Source of the DNA: Adineta vaga
Taxonomy: Eukaryota; Animalia; Rotifera
Length of the DNA stretch: 64,000 nucleotides
Direction of reading: 5' to 3'
Assembly (NCBI GenBank): GCA_021613535.1
Contig: CP075495.1
Span: 14,508,001-14,572,000 of the forward strand
Shown: positions 33,886 to 45,898 of the stretch, in pieces
How positions within the stretch are numbered: the first letter of the stretch is position 1
How the letters are laid out: each line of letters opens with the position of its first letter
The notes under the pieces: generated by a model
Told to the model about the DNA's origin: nothing
The model's input: the letters and a program-made list of their open reading frames with translations, nothing else
The model's database searches: none
Made by a program: the position numbers and the translations under genes

Positions 33886-36800
33886 TTAGATTTCATAATT
33901 TCGAAATTTACGAAGATAATCGTTAGTCGGTTCTGTTGATTGCCATTTGGAAGTTTTCGGAATGTTTTGTTTTTCTTCTTCGTTCTGTTTGTTCATCTGT
34001 TCACTTTCAATCATTGGCTCTTTTTTTGTTACCATCCAATGAAATGTCTAGAATGAGAAACAAAAAAAAGAATTATTCAGATCATTTCACACAGATTCTA
34101 CTCAACAATTCGGTGTGATATTTTCTTTTCTCAGCATCAAATGAAAACAATTCTTACTAGAAGATCTGTACTCATTTTTTAGTCTACGATTCGAGAAGAC
34201 GATGTGTCCTTTTTTTCGATTTTTTACATCTAAAAGGGCGTCACATTGTCTACATCCTTCCGGTCGATCGTTCTCAGTAATGCTTCATGCTGAATCAATG
34301 CCGGAGGGATAACTTAGCTCAATCAACAGAATTTTTCTAATTTATTTTAAGTAAAAACATGGTCACTATGCTTTTTTATCGAAGTTTTCGTATAACTTTA
34401 GAGGACGATCAAAATGCGGTAATGATTAGTGTTAAATTGTATATAAACACGAAATGTTTAATGATGTAAAGGTCATTTTTCGTGTGTCTATATTGTTTAA
34501 CAATTGGCTCTTCATAAATGAAGAGAAAAATAGACACTTTTAGCCTGAGGATTTATTTTCATCAGTAAATCAAACCAATTTACTCATTAGAAAAAGAAAA
34601 GCATTTATCTTGTCTCTATTGTACTGAATTGATCGGTCTATTGAGACACATAAATTTCTTATATATTATCAAAATCTATCGATATTGAACAATCAACAAC
34701 TGGGATGCAACATCTGTTATATCTTCAGACGAATTGTCATTAGTTAAAGATTTCTCTTCAATGTTCAAAATCCATTGCCTTTCTTTTTCTTTTCTCTCTC
34801 GTCCTCTCCTCTCTCTCTCTCTCGCTCTTTTCAAGTTCACATATATACACAGAAAAGACTTTTTCTCTTCTTTCCTTCTCGATTTTTTTTTCATTCTTCC
34901 TTCTTCATTTGCGTTCTTCGCGTCCTATTACTCAGATGCATACAAGAGACATCGAGATAGAAACGGGCATATGTACATTAACCAAACGAGAGTAAACAGA
35001 CGATAGAAAGGGCATCGTCGACCGCAAAAAATCGACTTTTTTCGATTGGATAAAAAAAGGAAAACGAAGAAATAACCATTGGTTAGCAATTAATTCCTGT
35101 CAAAGAGAAAGAGAAAGGGCAGAAAGAAAGAAAAATAGAAGTGAACGAGCACGAACACAATCACACATTGCATTCATTCATTCATTTTTCTACTTCACCG
35201 ACACACGCACATTCTTGTTCTTCCCTATAAGATTTAAAACACGCTATGAAACAACAACGAGACAAAATCTCTCGAAGTAAGAAAAAAAAGAATGCCTTTT
35301 TACTGAACATATGATTTTAATTCTTCTAGAAATTAAAACTGATAACGACGAACTCGTTTATATTGAACTAGATTTAAAATGCTGGTAGATATTATCCTTC
35401 TGTTCTTTCGTATTCATACTTTTTTACCTTTTTCAGTTGTCCACAATCAACATTAAACAATAATGCATCCATTCAGGTATTCATCTCACTTCTCTTTCTT
35501 CACTGCATCCTATTCTCTTCTCTTCTCATTTCAGTTTTCTCGACGTTATCTTCAATGTCAGAGTTCAATGCCTGTTGCTATTCTTCGATCATATATACAA
35601 CACATTCTACCACATTCTTCCATGACACAAGTAAACATCACTATACACATATACATTCCATTCACGCTCACTCTTTTCCTTCTTCTTCTTCTTCTCCTAT
35701 TTCAGGTGACATTCTATGATTCTCAACATCGACTTTTACATGATCAACAACTTCTTTCTTCACTTCAACCATCCATCGCCTCTCCCTCCTCCTCCTCCCC
35801 TTCATCATCACCAACATCGTATCAGCATATTCCTGTTCGTTTCTCATTATTCAATACTATCACTTCGCTCACTCATTGTTCTTGTTCATCATCTCCGATG
35901 CAACCTCAACTCCACTCGACGACGACAATGACTACGACGTCTTCTCTTCCAACAATCATCAAACGTGAAACAATCGATCAAACACTCTCCACTTGTGCAT
36001 CACTTCAGCCAACATCGACATCACCTATCATCTATTCTCCTTGTTTATCCTCATCATCTTCACCTCCAACTCAATCACCTTCAGCATCAGCATCAACATC
36101 GATTTCAATTGTGAATCTTCTCACTCCACCATCATCGTGTCATTCGTCGATCGATTCAGCTAATACCATCACTGATCGAAGCATTATCGATGAAATCACA
36201 TCACAGTTTGGTGAGATCTGTCCACCGTTAGGAAAAAAGAATCGAAATCGTGTGTCGAAAAAGACAATGATATCATCGAATACTCCACTTGATTTGAGTT
36301 TGAAGAAACGTTCGTCATCATCGTTTGAGATGTTTTCATCACAACCAAAATGGATTAAAATTTAACGTTCTCTTCTACATGTTTTCTTTTTTTCTTCTAT
36401 TTAACAGTATGTGTGATATATTCTACACTTCCTCTTGTTTGTCTGTACAGAAAAAGAAGGAAAAAAAGATTATACTAACTCATTCCTTTTGCAAGGGCGG
36501 ACAGATGAAAATGAATGAAAAATGAGCTAGAAATGAAAATTATGATTATTGTTGTTTTTTTTTCATTAATGACCAAAGGCAATGACGTATACGCTGTAGG
36601 GATCTTTTGATGTTATGTTTTACTTGCATGTGAAAAAAAGACGTGCAGCTGTGTATATATTTTTTTTCTTACCGGTTGACTTCGTTCAGTAATTGACTGC
36701 CATTTTTTCCATGGAACATTTATATGACTATTTCGCCAATAATCATATGTTTTACGTTGAACATCATTACAAAGAACTTCTTTTGCTTCTTGAAGTTGTT

Positions 36801-37086
36801 TGAACCGTTCCACTACGAAAAGATAAGTTCAATGAATTCAAAACCGTCAATTAAATAGAACATACTAGCTTTGGGATCATCTAAATTCTTATCAGGATGA
36901 AATTGAAGTGCTCGAATGCGATATTCAGTTTGAATTTGATCTTTCTGAAAAAAGTACAATCAATCATAAACAAAAGAATATCTGATACAAATGTAATAAT
37001 CTAGTTACATTTGAAAGTTCATCACAGCCAAGAATGACATAGTAATCATCAGATTCATCGCGTTCGTTGTTTAATAATACATCCAT
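33886..37086 (-). CDS. DNAJC12: J-domain co-chaperone DNAJC12/JDP1, 4 exons, last intron 2.6 kb
   Basis: Exons 37086-37009 (MDVLLN...DYYVILGCDELSN), 36944-36866 (RALQFHPDK), 36812-36673 (YDYWRNS...WKKW) and 34047-33886 (TFHWMV...YLRKFRNYEI*). The HW motif and the RKFRNYEI terminus are characteristic of DNAJC12. Confidence 0.93.
35045..35082 (+). promoter_or_regulatory. Tandem inverted CCAAT boxes (33-bp spacing) upstream of RAWUL copy 1
   Basis: ATTGG at 35045 and 35078. The same arrangement is present in both paralogs. Confidence 0.65.
35246..36365 (+). CDS. RING-less RAWUL-domain protein with C-terminal PLDLS, copy 1 (nested in DNAJC12 intron 3)
   Basis: Five exons: MKQQRDKISRK|IKTDNDELVYIELDLKCC|CPQSTLNNNASIQ|FSRRYLQCQSSMPVAILRSYIQHILPHSSMTQ|VTFYDSQHRLLHDQQLLSSL...HIPVRFSLF...PLDLSLKKR...QPKWIKI*. 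All introns are GT-AG. Resembles the BMI1 RAWUL (DEIISLSIE...KRYLRCPAAMTVMHLRKFL...PLPLKYRV). Confidence 0.8.
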
Positions 37087-40000
37087 ATTTACAATTTGAT
37101 CTAGAATAGGATAAATTGAGTTTTCCTCTCTTTTCGGAAATTGCATAGAATAATTATTAAGACGAAAATTAATCTTTTCTTTCTGATTAAATCGAATTTC
37201 TAGAAACAAACGATAAATATATATTTCATCCTATCTTTTATTAATATTTTAAAATTGAAGCCATAGCACAGTAGGAACAAGAGTATAGAAATGATATTGA
37301 AATAAACGCGTAAATTATGAATTAGTTTTTTTTGCAATCCAGGAAATCGATGTAACTTGTAAATTGCTTTTCAATTCGGATTCTATGAATGAGGTAGATC
37401 CTACTAAGGTATAAAAAACACCAAAAGGGATGATAACTGATTATATGTCTTCTAATCGAACCTGTAGATATTATACTGAAATCTTGTATGAATCACAAAT
37501 TTTTTAGGAATTCTACTTATCATTAGATCTCTCTGTGAGCGTTACATTAGTTCAAAAGACAAACTACTCAATTTTTTTATACTTCATTATGGTTAATCCT
37601 ATGCATAGAGTCCGAACTGAAAAGTGATGTATCAGTTGCATCAGTTCCCTTGTAAGAAGACAAACAACAACATCAAGAAAGAGACAGAAAGAAAAAGAAA
37701 AAAGATCGTGTGAGAAGATTTAACGAAAAAAGAAAGAAAGAAAGAAAGAAACACGATTATTTTTTCTTCTTTCTTTATCACACAAATAAAAATGACTAGA
37801 AAATATCGGTGATTTGATTTTTATACATGAAATAATATTAGTAAAGAGAATAGAAGACTCAATGAGCTCACTGTTAGAAAGAAGAAAAAAAAGAGAATTT
37901 CCTTAACACAAAGGAGATAGAAGAGATTCGAAGACATTTATATATATATATTATAGTAATATACAATAGATTAATGAAAGAAAAAGATTTTGTCCTTTTT
38001 TTTTTCAATTTTGCAATTGATCCGAACGATGAAAAATTAAAAAACGATGTAAAACATTACGATTAGGTTCTTGTCGTCGATTACGATTAATTGATGTTTG
38101 AGGTGAATTTCTATCTGTGGAAATATTACCAGTCATCCCGTTTAATGATGTATTGGAATTTAATGGTGGCAAATCATTTGCATCAAGTACTGTTATTATA
38201 CAATTGCCACTGTTATTATTAGTATTGTTGATTGAATTTTTTATTTCTATTCAAATAAAAATGAATAAGATTAAAATTTTCGAAGCAAAACTTACCCGAC
38301 GATAATGAGACACCATTTTGACGTTGATCACTGATTGAATGAATAACTATACGTTGATTAAATTGTCGCCAACGAATACATAACTGAAAAGAATGGTAAA
38401 TGAAATCTATCATTTCTTCTTGATAAAAACTCGTTTTCATTACCTGAAGATACATTTTACATTGAACATAAAGAAATACCTAGAAAAATTGTAATCAAAA
38501 CAAGTGAAAAGTTCTTTGAAAGATTCTTACTAATCCTCCCGTAAACCCAATAGCTACAACAATTAATTTAGTCCAAAAAGGCCATTCTAAATTCAATATT
38601 TCAATTGAAATAATATATAACTTTGAATTAAACTTACGAAGTTTTCCTTGTTTAACTTCTTCTCTTGTTTTCTCAATTAAAACATAAAATGACCATAAAA
38701 CACATGTAACAGCAATCAAATTAAATGCAACTGAACACATGATTTTTCGTCTTTCAACAACATTCATATCTAACTTTTGCCACTAAAAATTCAATAAAAT
38801 CAAAAAAAAACTTTTTCTTTCTCTTTTTTTCCGCTTAATTCTTACTTGATTGAATGGTTTAATTTCTGAATGCATTATAAATTCAAATTTACATAATTCA
38901 CATGATTTTACTCCTGCACTTTTTATCCAACGTTGTAAACATGATTGATGTAAATATTGCATCGTACCCAAACATAAACATGGCGATATTAATGGTTCAT
39001 CTGGTGTACTTTCACAATGACATATTCGACATATATCAGGATTATCACTTGTTTTCGAACTTGTCGATGATAAAGACATTTGACGTGAGAGTGTTTCATT
39101 GTTTGATGATGACAATAATAATGGACTTGTTATTGGTACAGTTGCTTCTGTTTCTTCATGAATGTTCTTCATTGTTGTATCAATATTATTTTCATTTGTT
39201 TGACTATGTTTAAGAATGATTTCGGAAGCCATTACTGTTCGCTATTATATAAATAAGAAGAAAAAGAAATATTTTGTTTAATTTAGAATATTTTATTTAC
39301 TTGAATAATATATATCACAAAATAACTCTAATGAATCAGTTTAAGAATAAATAAATGACGAGTCAATATGACTCGAATTAAATGATTAGTTATTCGTACA
39401 ATTAATAAAGTACAACAGAAAATAATTGATACTTTTTTGTATAAGGATATTTATTCTCATGTAAATTATTAGTTATTGGTTTTTTATGACGCCATTCATA
39501 TAAACAATAGATCCTCTCGATAAGCATTTTGACAGGCAAATAGTTGTCGATAAGATATCAACGACATCTATCGATATTCGAGTTCTCTTTTCTATATATA
39601 ATCCAAAGTGGAAAAGAAAAAGTGTGTTTGCTTTTCATTCAGATCACGTGACTTTCAATTCTAATTAACATCAAGGTAGAATCGATCTAAAAGAAAGATG
39701 CACATATGTTGTGTTCCTGATCTTTGACGAACAGGTGAAAAAAATGCTTTTGGCGAAAAATATTCATTGATGAATACTAAACATTTGTGCAATCATTCTC
39801 ATTATGGATAGAAGAACTGAAAAGTAAATAAATAGAAATGAGAAATAAGATGCTACCACTAATGGAGATTTATTGCTTCGATTTCCTCCAAATGATCATT
39901 GAATACATATGGAATCTGTTCAGTAGAATATTTTCTACGGTTAACAGTACGCTTGTGAATTGAATGATATTTGATATAGAATTATATTCTTTTCTTTTCT

Positions 40001-41349
40001 TTACACCGTCTGGTCTTCTCACCACCTTCCCCCTTCACTTTGTCTATCTGGGCAATCGATCGCTTCGTGAAAGCAACAAACACAGCATGATTCTTCACTT
40101 TTTTTTCAACACACAATTCAAATTCTATCTGTATAAGCATATCTAATTTGTTCATATATGTCTTAAATAAACGTAATCAATCGTTCATTTTGCTTTGCAC
40201 TTTCATGCTGTGTAACTGAAAATGTATTCACGATGATATTACATAGATACAGAGAGACAACAAAGTTGGACTACAAATTTTATATATCTATCACATAAAC
40301 AAGAAAAAAAAAAGCTTAAGTTTTAATCCATTTTGGTTGTGATGAAAACATCTCAAACGATGATGACGAACGTTTCTTCAAACTCAAATCAAGTGGAGTA
40401 TTCGATGATATCATTGTCTTTTTCGACACACGATTTCGATTCTTTTTTCCTAACGGTGGACAGATCTCACCAAACTGTGATGTGATTTCATCGATAATGC
40501 TTCGATCAGTGATGGTATTAGCTGAATCGATCGACGAATGACACGATGATGGTGGAGTGAGAAGATTCACAATTGAAATCGATGTTGATGCTGATGCTGA
40601 TGCTGATGCTGAAGGTGATTGAGTTGGAGGTGAAGATGATGAGGATAAACAAGGAGAATAGATGATAGGTGATGTCGATGTTGGCTGAAGTGATGCACAA
40701 GTAGAGAGTGTTTGATCGATTGTTTCACGTTTGATGATTGTTGGAAGAGAAGACGTCGTAGTCATTGTCGTCGTCGAGTGGAGTTGAGGTTGCATCGGAG
40801 ATGATGAACAAGAACAATGAGTGAGCGAAGTGATAGTATTGAATAATGAGAAACGAACAGGAATATGCTGATACGATGTTGGTGATGATGAAGGGGAGGA
40901 GGAGGAGGAGGAGGAGGGAGAGGCGATGGATGGTTGAAGTGAAGAAAGAAGTTGTTGATCATGTAAAAGTCGATGTTGAGAATCATAGAATGTCACCTGA
41001 AATAGGAGGAGAAGAAGAAGAAGAAGAAGGAAAAGAGTGAGCGTGAATGGAATGTATATGTGTATAGTGATGTTTACTTGTGTCATGGAAGAATGTGGTA
41101 GAATGTGTTGTATATATGATCGAAGAATAGCAACAGGCATTGAACTCTGACATTGAAGATAACGTCGAGAAAACTGAAATGAGAAGAGAAGAGAATAGGA
41201 TGCAGTGAAGAAAGAGAAGTGAGATGAATACCTGAATGGATGCATTATTGTTTAATGTTGATTGTGGACAACTGAAAAAGGTAAAAAAGTATGAATACGA
41301 AAGAACAGAAGGATAATATCTACCAGCATTTTAAATCTAGTTCAATATA
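35359..41349. repeat. Inverted repeat with ~1-kb arms (35359-36360 and 40321-41349) and a ~4-kb spacer
   Basis: Arms are essentially identical, including three introns. Visible differences are 27 nt of microsatellite length variation and one synonymous TCC/TCT change. Confidence 0.92.
38005..39232 (-). CDS. MARCH1/8-like membrane RING-CH E3 ubiquitin ligase
   Basis: RINGv CRICHCE...[24 protein letters not shown]...CELCK. Two TM helices with [11 protein letters not shown] and [28 protein letters not shown]...[11 protein letters not shown]. Confidence 0.93.
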
Positions 41350-41521
41350 GATGCTTTCATCATTCGCTTTTTTCATTTCTTTCGTTGTCATGGAATCTTT
41401 CATTCTTGACTCTAAACGAAAAAAGTAAATACAAATGTTCATTTAATGAAAAGATGAATTCCTTACTTTGACTATTTTTCGAACATTTGGACTTTGATTT
41501 AACCATACAAGATGGTGACAT
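40316..41521 (-). CDS. RING-less RAWUL-domain protein with C-terminal PLDLS, copy 2
   Basis: Has its own N-terminus MSPSCMVKSKSKCSKNSQK|SRMKDSMTTKEMKKANDESIYIELDLKC (ATG 41521 or 41506), then matches copy 1 through ...PLDLSLKKR...QPKWIKT*. Same intron positions. Confidence 0.8.
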
Positions 41522-41672
41522 GTTCAAGCTTACAACGTTTTTTTTTGTGCTAATGTCGAAGTCTATCGGCGAAGAAAAAGAACTGAATGCAATGTGCGTT
41601 CGTGCTCGTTCACTTCTATTTTTCTTTCTTTCTGCCCTTTCTCTTTTCCTCTCTTGAGATAGTTTAAAACAA

Positions 41673-41709
41673 CCAATCGATACTGATTTTCTCTCAGTTT
41701 TTATCCAAT
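41673..41709 (-). promoter_or_regulatory. Tandem CCAAT boxes (32-bp spacing) upstream of RAWUL copy 2
   Basis: CCAAT on the + strand at 41673 and 41705, i.e. ATTGG in gene orientation. Confidence 0.65.
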
Positions 41710-43031
41710 AAAAAAACGCAATTATTTGGTCAATGTTCGTTCCTGTGCCCCTGTTTACTCTCGGTTGGACTAATATGTATGTACATGCCCGCTTTCGACC
41801 CGTCTCGCACATATATTTTCTCGTTGAGAGATAGGGCGTATACACATGCAGTGAAAGAAAAGAATGGGAGAAAGAAAAAGAAGAAGAAAAAAGCGCTCTG
41901 TGTTTGCATATTTGATTACAATAAAAGAAGAAGAGAACGGGAAAAAAGCGGGCGCAAGAAGAACGAATAATCTTTGTATTTTCTCTTTATTCAGCCTCTG
42001 GCTAGGAAGAAGAGAAAAAAGCAGATGAACAAATTAAGCACGTAGCAGCTGTTACTTCTCATTCGTTGTTTCTTGTACATCAACTTTCTCTCTCTAAGAA
42101 ACAAAGAAAATATTCATTCGTTAAAAAGTCTCTCTTGACAGACGAAGTAATATGAGATGTACAGAAGACAAATCGCTTTGTAGTATTAATTGATTTGATA
42201 ATGAAGATGAAGTTAATTAAACAATGGCGGGTTAAATTAGTCCAATCAATGAAATTTTCTCGTGAATATGAAATGACCTTTGATGATAGATTTTCTAACT
42301 TACAATATAGAATCTGTTCGTCATTATTCTACGATTAGAATGAAAAAAACTGAACGAACTATTTTTTTTCTATCAATACTCTCAAATGACCACTTTTATT
42401 TTCGTCTAATCTTCTTCTTCTCCTTCTTCTCTTATATGTGCTATTCGACTGTCAAGTGCCATCAAAAGCGAATAGGACGAGTGAATAGTAATCATTTTAG
42501 TTCGTTGGGTGTGAATTTATCTCAGCACCTCCTTCTGCACTCTTAATTCATCATGTCAATTCTGATTATAACCAATAGAGAATGAATTAAAACAAGATGA
42601 TATTCTCATTATCATTCTTTTTTTTTCGTGATCAAAAGATGCGGTCGATTAATTGAGCTTAAATAACAAAAAAAAGCTTTCCATACCTTTTCCTGACCGA
42701 TAATCTTTTGGTCAGCTGACGGCTATTTTCTTGTTATTTTCATGCTGAGAATAGACATTCTCATCAATTAGAGATTATTAAATTCGTGAGAGATTCCTTT
42801 TTAAGCACGTTTCGAGGATTAATACTGACAAAATTCTAATTGGATTCTTTTCTTTCTCATATTTATGCCTCAAGGGAAATGTTCAATCGATTGATATGAT
42901 TGTCTCTTTACATTTCTCGTCATTCGATTGGATGATTGCATCCAATGAACCAATCATTGATGATGATGATCACTTCTAGTGAAGTAAACAGAATGATAAG
43001 CTTTCTTCATCATTTCCTTCTGATATATTGA

Positions 43032-44555
43032 TTACAAAATGAAAAAAATAAGACATAAAATAAAAATCATTTGAAAAATGTTCATTCGATATTTGATTGA
43101 ATTCGATATCATTTGTTGATCATGTAACATTTCTAAATAGACTCCATTCGTCCATCCGAAACCATCTTGAGTTTCATATTCACCACCACCAGCTGGTTTA
43201 TTTATATTGACAACATCGTATTTTTCCATCATTTTACCTGTATCACGAAAAACACGTTCATTCAAATTCATCCAACGATTTCGAATTGTTCTTGCTACTG
43301 TTTCATAACCGGGAACTTTCAATAGAGCTCGATAAGTAACAAATTGTAACGGTGCCCAACCATTTGGACTATCCCATTGTTGAGTACTTTGATTTGATAC
43401 TGTTGTTACCACACCACCATCACGTAAAAACATACTTTCAACTTTCTGAGCAACATATTCTCCTTGTTCTTTCGTTGAAATATCAAGCCACAATGGAAAT
43501 AATGCAGCTAATGTTAATCGATTTGTTGATTTCTTTAGAACATGATTGTAATCAGTAAAGAATTGTAAATCCGATGACCACATATATTTTTGTATAGCTT
43601 GTCGACGACGATCAGCTTCTGCTTGTTTACCTAGTGTTAATTCTAAATGATATAATAAACAATTTAAATCAACAGGAAGAATATTTGCAGTTCGTATTGT
43701 TGAAAGATCTTTTTCATCATCCATCCAACGTGAACTAAAATCCCAACCAGATTCTGCAGCTGCTCGTATATGTGCATAAATATCTGTATCATTAGACTTA
43801 TGTGCTGTTTCACGATCTTCAACATATGCTTCAGGACGTGGACCATCATTTAGATCATCATAGTAACGATTTAAAATTGAACCATCATCAAGTGTGATAT
43901 TTCTTTTTTTCATCCAAAATTGATATTCAGCTTCTAATTCTTTCTTATATTTATTTGTTTGATTTGCTAATTCTGTCATTAAGGAGAAGAATGGTGGTTG
44001 TGATCGTCCTTCATAATAATTACGATTTCCATTTGGAATTAGGCCAATCTTATTGAGTAGAAAAGCAAAATTATCTAACATATTATTGATTAAATCCATT
44101 TGATTCGAACGAACTAAACCTAACATTGTGAAATATGTATCCCAATAATAGAATTCTCGAAAACGTCCACCAGGTACAATAAATGGATGTGGAACATCAA
44201 TAAATGATGAAAATTTTTCTTCTTTAGTTGTTCGTGTTAATAATGGCCATAAACGATGGCAATGTTCTTCTATTGTCCATTTTTCGTGAACAACTGTTGT
44301 AGTATTTGGTAATATGAAATGTTCATAGACAAAGGATGTTAAATTAAATGCTGGTTTTGAATATTCTTGACGATATAGATCGAGAATTGCATTGGGATTG
44401 AGTTGTCGAGGAATAACATCACAAAATGTTTTTGAATCGGAAAATATACGTTGAATTTGTACTGCTTGAAATAATTCGTCATATAATTGTTCGGGTGATT
44501 GACATTTGATTAAGGAAATGATGAAAAAAAGAACGATGTAATGAAGTGTCTGCAT
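43032..44555 (-). CDS. Intronless GH37 alpha,alpha-trehalase of bacterial TreA/TreF type, with signal peptide and hydrophobic C-terminal tail
   Basis: Motifs PGGRFREFYYWDTY, IPNGNRNYYEGRSQPPFF, PRPEAYVED, AAESGWDFSSRW, QQWDSPNGWAPLQ, GGGEYETQDGFGWTNGV. The N-terminal LFQAVQIQRIFSDSKTFCD resembles bacterial TreA. Ends IFQMIFILCLIFFIL*. Confidence 0.93.
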   Translation of the reverse strand: MQTLHYIVLFFIISLIKCQSPEQLYDELFQAVQIQRIFSDSKTFCDVIPRQLNPNAILDLYRQEYSKPAFNLTSFVYEHFILPNTTTVVHEKWTIEEHCHRLWPLLTRTTKEEKFSSFIDVPHPFIVPGGRFREFYYWDTYFTMLGLVRSNQMDLINNMLDNFAFLLNKIGLIPNGNRNYYEGRSQPPFFSLMTELANQTNKYKKELEAEYQFWMKKRNITLDDGSILNRYYDDLNDGPRPEAYVEDRETAHKSNDTDIYAHIRAAAESGWDFSSRWMDDEKDLSTIRTANILPVDLNCLLYHLELTLGKQAEADRRRQAIQKYMWSSDLQFFTDYNHVLKKSTNRLTLAALFPLWLDISTKEQGEYVAQKVESMFLRDGGVVTTVSNQSTQQWDSPNGWAPLQFVTYRALLKVPGYETVARTIRNRWMNLNERVFRDTGKMMEKYDVVNINKPAGGGEYETQDGFGWTNGVYLEMLHDQQMISNSIKYRMNIFQMIFILCLIFFIL

Positions 44556-45243
44556 GTTGTTTTGTTTTGTTTTGCAATTGAAGATTGTAGGTAGATGAGA
44601 TACAAAGATTTATATGATATTGTTTTATAAAGATCAAGCACGTTTTTCTTTGCACAAGAATCATGTTTTTTTTGTCTCTTATCAGAGGTAAATAGACAAT
44701 TCTTTTCAGTACAAAGCGTTATACCAAAAACACCTCTAGATTATTGATCGAAAGAAAAGAAGAGTCTTTTGTAATTCAACGACGTAATTTCAAAAAGATA
44801 GTCTAGAGACATAAAATACGAATGATAACGATCTTTACAATTTTGTTCAAATAAAGAATTTTCTACAGAGGTGTCATTTTAACTTCACCTTTACTTTAAA
44901 AAAGTAGTTAAAGTTTAATGTCATTTTAATTTGCTTGAAATCTTGACGTTAAAAAGTGTGAGTATGCATTATTAAATCAGATCTCATATCTACATCATCA
45001 GATATCAAAAATTATCTTATATTTAATCAGAATTCAGAATAATAATCAATTTAATTTTTAGAGACTTTTGTCTTAGACGAATCAGTCGTTTAGTTTAAAT
45101 CATTTGATATCGTACACCAAGCAAGTGACGACATCTTTGAATAATACCAAAACGAGGAGATATATGATCATCACCAGGAAGGATTAGAAAAAGCTATTCG
45201 TTCTTTTCTTATACTACTAAACTGAAAATCGAAATTTGAAATC

Positions 45244-45898
45244 ATGGGTGAAATCTTAATTCTAACATCAATTAATGGTTGTTTATTAACAAATAAATTA
45301 ATTGATTCATGGTTTGATGCAAATGAAATGTATATAATCCAAAAAATCTTTTCAAATGATCGACATTCAGTTGAAATAACATTTATTGATGAAGAGCGTA
45401 TGTTTAAATTGAATAAAGAAAAGATTGAACTAATAATTTTATAATATTTCTTGTTCAGGAGCTGATATGATGTCTGATTTATTAACAACATGTTATAGTG
45501 ATTCAATTGCCATTACTCGTCCTCAAACAATGTCAGCATCATTAAATAATTCCTCCGATGAAGAACGTATTCCATCACCTGTTCATCTCTCTTCTTCAGT
45601 TTCAATTTCATCGAAAGTTTCTTCATTTTCACAACGTCTTGTTGCATTGGATAAGCAACGAAATGATAATAAAATGCAATCTGTACTTGGTCGTGGACGT
45701 GGAATCGATGTTAATCCATCACAAAATGATGAATTAATACGTAAAAATATACCTGATGATTTCGATAATAATTCCAGTGAGTTAAACTTTCATAATACAT
45801 ACTAAAAAATGAATCTTTTCAATCTTATATCTTTTTCTTTTCTCATAGCAATTTCATCAACATTTGGACGTGGACGAGGTTCTCTAAATATCAAATAG
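45244..45898 (+). CDS. Three-exon orphan protein with a possible degenerate RRM-like N-terminus and two GRGRG motifs
   Basis: Joins gagc|gtatgt...ttcag|gagct and tcca|gtgagt...catag|caatt keep the frame: MGEILILTSING...VEITFIDEERADMMSDLL...VLGRGRGID...STFGRGRGSLNIK*. Confidence 0.7.

Noticed and set aside
35463-36365. 300-aa and 309-aa single-exon proteins starting MHPFRYSSHF, with an apparent TM segment
   Set aside because: These ORFs read through two introns. The poly-Leu stretch is an intronic CTT repeat, and copy 3 confirms the splice sites.
36540-36672. DNAJC12 appearing truncated, with a degenerate last exon
   Set aside because: The true terminal exon is at 34047-33886.
36361-40320. 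Past inversion of the spacer swapping 3'UTRs between RAWUL copies 1 and 2
   Set aside because: Some flank similarities to copy 3 look mosaic, but DNAJC12 spans the left arm intact, so the alternative orientation would be a broken gene. Differential divergence explains the pattern.
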